Made by a program: the position numbers and the translations under genes
The notes under the pieces: generated by a model
What the model was told of the DNA's origin: nothing
What the model saw: the letters and a program-made list of their open reading frames with translations, nothing else
Database searches by the model: none
NCBI RefSeq assembly: GCF_001194135.2
Contig: NC_068982.1
Coordinates: 69,910,708-69,969,413, forward strand
Length of the DNA stretch: 58,706 nucleotides
Direction: 5' to 3'
Source of the DNA: Octopus bimaculoides
Lineage: Eukaryota
Shown: one piece after another, positions 52,401 through 58,706 of the stretch
Layout: every line of letters begins with the position of its first letter
How positions within the stretch are numbered: position 1 is the stretch's first letter

Positions 52401-52911
52401 TCAAGGTGTGGCACTTGGTCCTAGTACATGAGAGATTTAGAGGGTGAGTTAGAGGCAGTGATGCCTGTCCACTGTATCAGGTAGGGAGAAGCATACTAGA
52501 CACCAAAGGTAGTATCTCTACCTAGAGCCCCACTACATCCCTTTGTATAGAGATGATCACATATCAAATTTCAGCAGTTGGATGGCAAACAGGCTGAAAT
52601 ATGTGAAACCATGAAAAGTTTATGAAAGGAATCATGAGTAATATAAGAAGTATGAATGCTATTGAAAGAGTGAGATATTATGACAACAAATGGAAAAATT
52701 GCATCACAATCATCTGGATAATTACATCAAATGGCTGTTATGCATTAGTGTATTATGAAAACTGTTATATCTTTAGAAGCTAAATTCTATAATCCAGACA
52801 TGATTGGATAACTCTGTTGATGTGTGTCTGTATCTGTTAATGAGTTCAGTCAATAACCTGGTTATGAAGATCTAATATTTACATTAAAAAAATGCTGTAG
52901 AGTATTGATTT

Positions 52912-52961
<50 letters not shown>

Positions 52962-54669
52962 ATCTCTAGAAAAGAAAAATTACTAAACTTGTATATCACA
53001 AGCTAAAAATAAGGTGCCACTCCCTCTTCAAGTTATATGGTAAGCTTTAAGTAAAGCAATATCTTTTATCTACACTTCCTTGTGTTGGTATGGAAATTAT
53101 GTATGCTCCTAAATACAAATTTAGATCCTTGTAGTTTCACACTGGTGTAAGTTTCAGTTAAGTGGGGGATGGGTAGAGGACATTCAAAACTGCCAGGTAA
53201 AGTGGAATAGCATTTATTTATTTGACCTATTAAGGTGGTAGCACACTGGGCGTAGCAACATTTCTTACAGCTCTTTATGTTCCAGGTTCAAATTCCACTG
53301 AGGTCAACTTTACCTTTTGTCCATTCATGGTCAATAGAATAAGTACCATTTGAGCACTGAAGTTAATGTAATTGACTAGCCCCCTCCTCCAAAATTTCAG
53401 GTGTTGTACCTATTATTTATTAATTTAAAGCTGAGTCTCCATGGATTGTTATTTAGAATTTGTTTTATGCCTCAAATGACCGAATGTGTGTAGATTAGAC
53501 ATGCATACAAATATTTATTGATGTGCTAGTACTATAGACAACCTAGGTTTTTTTCTCTGTTGGTTACATATAAGCAAGTGACAATAAATGGAAGAAGAGG
53601 GAAAAAGTCAGAGCAAGAGAAAGAATAAGAGTAAGCTGAAGGATAAAGGGGAAGGTGGAGGGAGAGTAAAAGCAAAAAGGAAAATGGAATGGAGGCAGAC
53701 AGAAAGAAGTGGAGAAGAGGCCAGTCTAAATAGATGAGGAGGGGAAATATAAGCAGAAGAATTAGGAGAACAGGAAAGGAGGAGGAAAGAAAAAAACATT
53801 TAAAATTACTATTATCCTCCTCATCAGCATTTAATGTCCATATTCCATGCTGGCATGGGTTGGACAACTTGACTGTAGCTGGCAAGGTCAGTGGCTGCAC
53901 CGGGATTCCATAGTCTGTTTCTACAGCTGGATGCCCTTCCTAAGGCCAACCACTTTACAGAGTGTACTGGTTGCTTTTTACATGTCACCATCAACAGTAC
54001 TTTTTACATAGTACCAACTCCCACGACAATGGGTTTTATGTGGGACCTTAGGATCTTTATTCTGTTGTAGTGGGTAGATTTTCTTGAGTAAAGCAATACA
54101 CCACGTATCTCAGTCCTCTGTCACCTCCTTCATAAGGCTCAGTGCTTTGAGATTGGCCTTCAGTACTTCATCTCATGTTTTCCTAGGTCTCCCTTTTCCA
54201 TAACTTATCTTCTTACCACACAACCACGCCTGTGTATTTATGTGTGTGTGTGTGCGTGTTTCTTTGTGTCTCCTTCTTTTGACATCACATGATGATAGTT
54301 GTAAATGAGTGTTATTGTCAAACAAGCAGTATCATTCATTTCCAATATTCTCTGTAGGTATGCCTGACCATGGAGAAATATTACCATGTTTGGAATCAGG
54401 AAGAGCATCTTGCCACAGTAAATCTTTCTCTGTAAACTCTGTCTGATCCATGCAAGCATGGAAAAGTGGAAGTTAAAATGATGATGATGATTTTTGTCGC
54501 TTGGATTTTTAAATTCTTTTTGATATTTTGTGCCATATAAAAACATTTGTATAAGTAAGTACTGTCTCAGATGTCATGATGAATATAAATAATAGTTGCA
54601 CCATAACTGAGCTTTTCACATACATTTGGCAAAAAAAGTATTTATCCATGTTCCTATTTTTCCCAACAT

Positions 54670-55860
54670 TCATGTACTATTTTTAACATTATATTGAATT
54701 CAGACTTGTCAGAGGCTTTTGCAAAGTCCACATATATAACATTATATTTAAGAGCTTTGCAAATTCTGTATACGTAACATTGTAATTGTCTCTCTTTTTG
54801 ATTGCATTGATAATCTTGTCACAGTGATTTAATAGTTGGGATAGGTATGATTTGTTCCCTTTTTTATAAAACCATGTTGATTATCTTTGCATTTATTTTT
54901 TGAATTTATTGATTCACACATTGCTTTTCTGACTGCTCTTTCAAAAATTTTTGTGATCAAACTTGTAAGAGATATTGGTTGATAATTTTCGCCAAAATGT
55001 TGGCTGCTTTTGAAGATAGGAATAACTTTCACCTTCCACATGTTTGATGGTTATGTTTACAGTTTGTTTTCTTTTTTCTTAATTTCTATTGGCCACGTAT
55101 CAGAGCCTGAACTTCTCTTAATTTGGTATGTAGTTGATTGCATTTGTAATTGTTTTCTTGGTAATATTAATGTCTCTCAGATGATTTGTCTTTTTTTCCT
55201 CATCAAAGAACTGTTCAATCACAAATTTTCCTTTTTTTGGCTGGGTGGTGGTGGTCACAGGTGGGGTGTACTAAAAGTTGATGCATACTGGTCTTTTAAC
55301 ATTTGTTTGTAATTTCATCATTATCATAATTTGTCAGGAGAAGAGCTTTCTCTAAATTTTTTTAGTGGCCCAGTTGTTGATTTTGTGTTGGTGGTCTTGT
55401 TTGGCATATTTATTAACAAATCATAAATTTGTTTTGATTTTTACTGATTGTGCTTGATTCACACTCTTCTGTTACATAAACTTTCAAATTTGTTTTTTTT
55501 ATAATTTTCTTTTTATTATTTTTAATATTGATTTTTTCCCTCTCAGCTCTTTGAGATCTTTCTACAATATTTTTTCTTTCTTTTTGATATCTTGCTTTAA
55601 ATAATTTCCTATTTCTTTCAAGAATATGTTTTCTACAGATTACTAGCATTCTATGTTAGAATTTGGTACAGTCCTTGTATATGTTTTTCTTCAACTTCCT
55701 CATTCCATTTAATTCTGGTTATCTTTCCTTTAATTTGTCACCATTTTTGTTTCCTTTGACCAGAGATTTAGAGAAACCTCAATTTTTTAGTATCTTTTCT
55801 TGATCTCTTGTTTTTATCACTCTTGTCTTTAGATCTTCAATGATATTGTGATTATATTGG
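54670..55860 (-). mobile_element. CR1-group LINE ORF2 remnant (linker and RT N-terminal part)
   Basis: KYAK..TGPL, LKDQYASTFSTP, WKVKVIPIFK..NYQPISLTSLITKIFE..NQHGF, VIYVDFAKASDK; many stops and frameshifts. Confidence 0.8.
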
Positions 55861-56768
55861 CAGAATCATTAGGGTATCAGAAAAAATACTTTGCAGCATT
55901 CGATCCAGCTCTTTATGTCCTGAGTTCAAATCCCAAGATTTGAACTAGATAGCCTAGGCTTTTCATCTTTATAGGGTCAAAAAAATGAAGTACAAGTCAA
56001 GTATTGGAGTTGATGGCATTAACTAACCTCCTTTTCCTTTGAAATTACTGGCCTTGTATCTAAATTAGAAACAATTATATGTAAATATAAGATTTAGAGT
56101 GTTTATTTAGATTTAGAATGTTAGTCTTCGACAATACAGATGTAGTCACACACACCATGATGATATATACTTCTAAAGATTGTTTTTTCTTGTGGGTTTC
56201 ATTACATGCTGTTAGAATTTTTCTCTTGTATATCAACAAGAGTTTTGACTTGGCCATTAATGAATTACTGTTTGGTGTTGGGTATGATTCAGTATTTTTT
56301 TTATCCATTTTATTTTGGTAAAATTGAAGTGACCTCCAGTTGCAGTGTTGTTTTTCTAATCCTTCACTTTTTAGAATATCTTTGAATTCTCAATAGATTC
56401 ATTGACTCTTTCTGCTGTGCAGTCAGTCATTTTTTTTCTTTTTATATATTTACCAACAAATGTAGTTTTAGAAAATGTAGTTTCTATTTACACTCACTGA
56501 ATTTTACCATTGGCCAATTAAGGTTAAGGCAGGCATGTCAGTGTGGTTAAGATTGAAACTGCCTGTACTTAATTGCACTTAACCCTTTAGCATTTAAACT
56601 AGCCATAACCAGCCAGATCTGGCTTCTCACACCTACCCTATAACATCAATCTAAATATATACAATCATATTTTCAAAATCTCAAAGTTACAAGATAATGC
56701 ATTATCAATTCAAAGCAATGTAAATAAATATTACATTTGACAGAATAATTTGAACTCTAAAGGGTTAA

Positions 56769-57030
56769 TGCACTAGATTCAGTCTCTGTCTAGATTTTAT
56801 GGATCTTTCCTTTATTGATAAACTAGCTTTTTTTCATGGTTCTCTCAAGGCTGTGATCATCCCTATTGCTAGTGCACTGCTTTCTGCCACACTCTGCTTG
56901 TCTAGACAGCATTTCAGAGAAATACTTCAACTCAGAATTTTGGGAACAGCCCAATTTTTTTACGATAAATTTCTATCTTCTGTTTGTACTATACAAAATG
57001 TGTTAATGATGGTCTTTGACAAAAACTGAG
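56769..57030 (-). mobile_element. Tc1 (DD34E-type) transposase N-terminal fragment
   Basis: KTIINT..LGCSQNSELKYFSEMLSRQAECGRKQCTSNRDDHSLERTMKKS*FINKGKIHKI*TE. Confidence 0.75.
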
Positions 57031-57860
57031 ACAGAAGTATGATGTTGTCCTCCAGTAAAGTACGATGTTGGCAGACCGTGTTGAATAATCCAATGCAAGC
57101 CAGCATGGAAAGCAGACATTAACTGATGATAATGATGATTTTATATACAGATGCAGGCATGACTGTGTGGTTAAGATCACTTTGCAACCATGTGATCTTG
57201 GGTTCAATCTCATTGCATGGCACCTTGGGCAAATGTCTTCTACTATAGCCCAATGTTGACCAGTGTCTTGTGAGCGAACTTGATTAACAGAAACTGTACA
57301 TGCCTGTGGTATATGAGTAGGCAGGTGTCTTTTTGTGTTTGTCCCCTGCCACTGCTTAGATTCCAAAATGATTGAAAAATAGAATTCTCGAAAAAAATAG
57401 ATTCCAAAGTTTTTTTTGAATGGCGGGAACTTAGTTGCCAACTGAATATTAACAGAAAGTGTGTTACTGAAATGTTCTCATGTTGAGATTAGTAAAGTTC
57501 TCATCTTTATCTTTTATCTTTTACTTGTTTCCATCATTATACTGCAGCGATGCTGGGGCACTGCCTTGAAGAATTTTAATTGAATGAATCAACCCCCAGT
57601 ACTTATATTTTTGAAGTCTGGTACTTATTCTATTGATCTCTTTTGCCAAACCCTCAAGTTACAGAGACATAAACACATCAGCACCAGTTCTTAGGTGATG
57701 GTGAGGAGACAAACACACACATGTATATGAGTGGCTTCTTTCAGTTTCCATCCACCAAATCCACTTACAAGGCTTTGGTCAGCCTGAAGGTATAGTAGGC
57801 GACAAGGTGCCATGAAATGGGACTGAACCTGGAACCATGTGCTTGGGAAGCAAACTTCTT

Positions 57861-58030
57861 TATTTCATTTATATTAGCCACAAGGGCTGTACACAGAATG
57901 GCAAAAAGCCAGGGCTGGACAAATAGATTAATGAGAAATGAGAAAAAGACATGGATGAAAGAAAATGAGAGGGGCACCAGCGCCCCCCGACTGGCAACAC
58001 CTCGAAAACCTTTGTTCAATACAATTCAAA
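57861..58030 (-). mobile_element. 5'-truncated 3' end of a putative L1/Tx1-like retroelement (copy A)
   Basis: Flanked by gaagcaaactt (57847-57857 and 58031-58041); 57913-58023 aligns to 58114-58223; ends ..tgaaata. Confidence 0.6.
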
Positions 58031-58041
58031 GAAGCAAACTT

Positions 58042-58706
58042 TATTTCATAAAAATTCGCCATACGGCGTTACATAGAGGGGACAAACAAAGACAGACAAA
58101 CAAAGAAGCTACAGGCTGGACACGGACATTAATGAATGGAGATGAATACACAAGAAAGAATGAAAATGGGAGAGGCACCAGCGCCCGCCGACTGATAACC
58201 TCTCTAAAACTTTGTTCAATACATGTCGGTCAAATTTGTAAAACAAATTATTAACACAACTGTTCTTCCTCTTTATATGAGGCAACAAGCCACTTATAAA
58301 TTTTCATATAATTCACTGGGGCTTTTAGCCTCCCCATATCTACAACCTCTTTTCACTAACGCCCACGCCCTCTCTAGGCACTCCTCGAGTGGCGTGTCGA
58401 CACTGCCCGGCGCCATGAAGAATATGTTTTTGAGGTCAAAAAATTTCTTCGCTACGTCCCACGTTGTGACCTCTACAGCTATCTGCGGAGGCCACTCGAG
58501 ATCCTGTATGCAGGCCATGGCCTCTCCCCTAAGACTCTTTTCTAATTCTTTTTCTACCTCCCCCTCTCTAAAGAAGAAGACTAACGTTTCTTCTTCCTCC
58601 GGAGAAGGGAAAGACATTTCCACAGTCGGCGGCACAATTCCCACCGGCTGTGGTTCAACATTCGTTTGCACCTTTTTCTTTCTTTTCTTTTTTCCGGTGG
58701 GAGAGG
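58042..58706 (-). mobile_element. Young CpG-rich putative L1/Tx1-like element (copy B), extends beyond the window
   Basis: Same 3' terminus as copy A; noticeably higher GC and intact CpGs compared with the flanks; contains an open frame. Confidence 0.6.
58294..58704 (-). CDS. C-terminal part of an uninterrupted ORF of element B (ORF1/gag-like, unassigned)
   Basis: Frame is open from the window edge: SPTGKKKRKKKVQTNVEPQP..PSPEEEE..EWPPQIAVEVTTWDVAKKFFDLKNIFF..LEECLERAWALVKRG..NL*. No RT motif recognised. Confidence 0.5.
   Translation of the reverse strand, partial: SPTGKKKRKKKVQTNVEPQPVGIVPPTVEMSFPSPEEEETLVFFFREGEVEKELEKSLRGEAMACIQDLEWPPQIAVEVTTWDVAKKFFDLKNIFFMAPGSVDTPLEECLERAWALVKRGCRYGEAKSPSELYENL

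Noticed and set aside
53532-53900. Leu/Ser/Phe-rich minus-strand ORFs
   Set aside because: Translation of a purine-rich low-complexity tract.
1-58706. Prokaryotic-type system (CRISPR, operon, defence island, phage)
   Set aside because: The sequence is eukaryotic and intronic. There is no repeat-spacer array, no gene-dense region and no intact enzyme ORF.

Overview
AT-rich eukaryotic DNA, almost certainly octopus (the SINE/LINE repertoire is octopus-like; the five N-gaps, several of them beside microsatellites, suggest a short-read assembly such as O. bimaculoides - species is an inference). Only one host exon is recognisable: an 85-nt + strand exon at 36622-36706 encoding the N-terminal part of the VHS domain of a TOM1/TOM1L2-family protein. 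The ORF track misses it. The rest appears to be two very long introns filled with decayed mobile DNA: several tRNA-derived SINE families, RTE and CR1-group LINE fragments, two full-length dead mariners, other Tc1/mariner relics, TTAA-flanked piggyBac-type MITEs, Helentron/DINE-like ends and microsatellites. There is no CRISPR array, operon or intact transposase/RT gene. Most track ORFs are artefacts of microsatellites, gaps or TE remnants. The best candidate for something undescribed is at the right edge (57847-58706). There, two related L1/Tx1-like 3' ends sit in tandem at essentially the same position in a SINE tRNA-like head. They share a covarying 3' stem-loop, and the larger one carries an uninterrupted CpG-rich ORF that does not look like an RT C-terminus. 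Other notable items: a 275-bp near-perfect palindrome, a pre-miRNA-sized hairpin, a long-TIR mariner derivative family, a bipartite RTE, and a Tc1 fragment resembling a fish/amphibian family. All family assignments come from motif recognition and memory; no database searches were run. SINE and LINE-tail boundaries are approximate.
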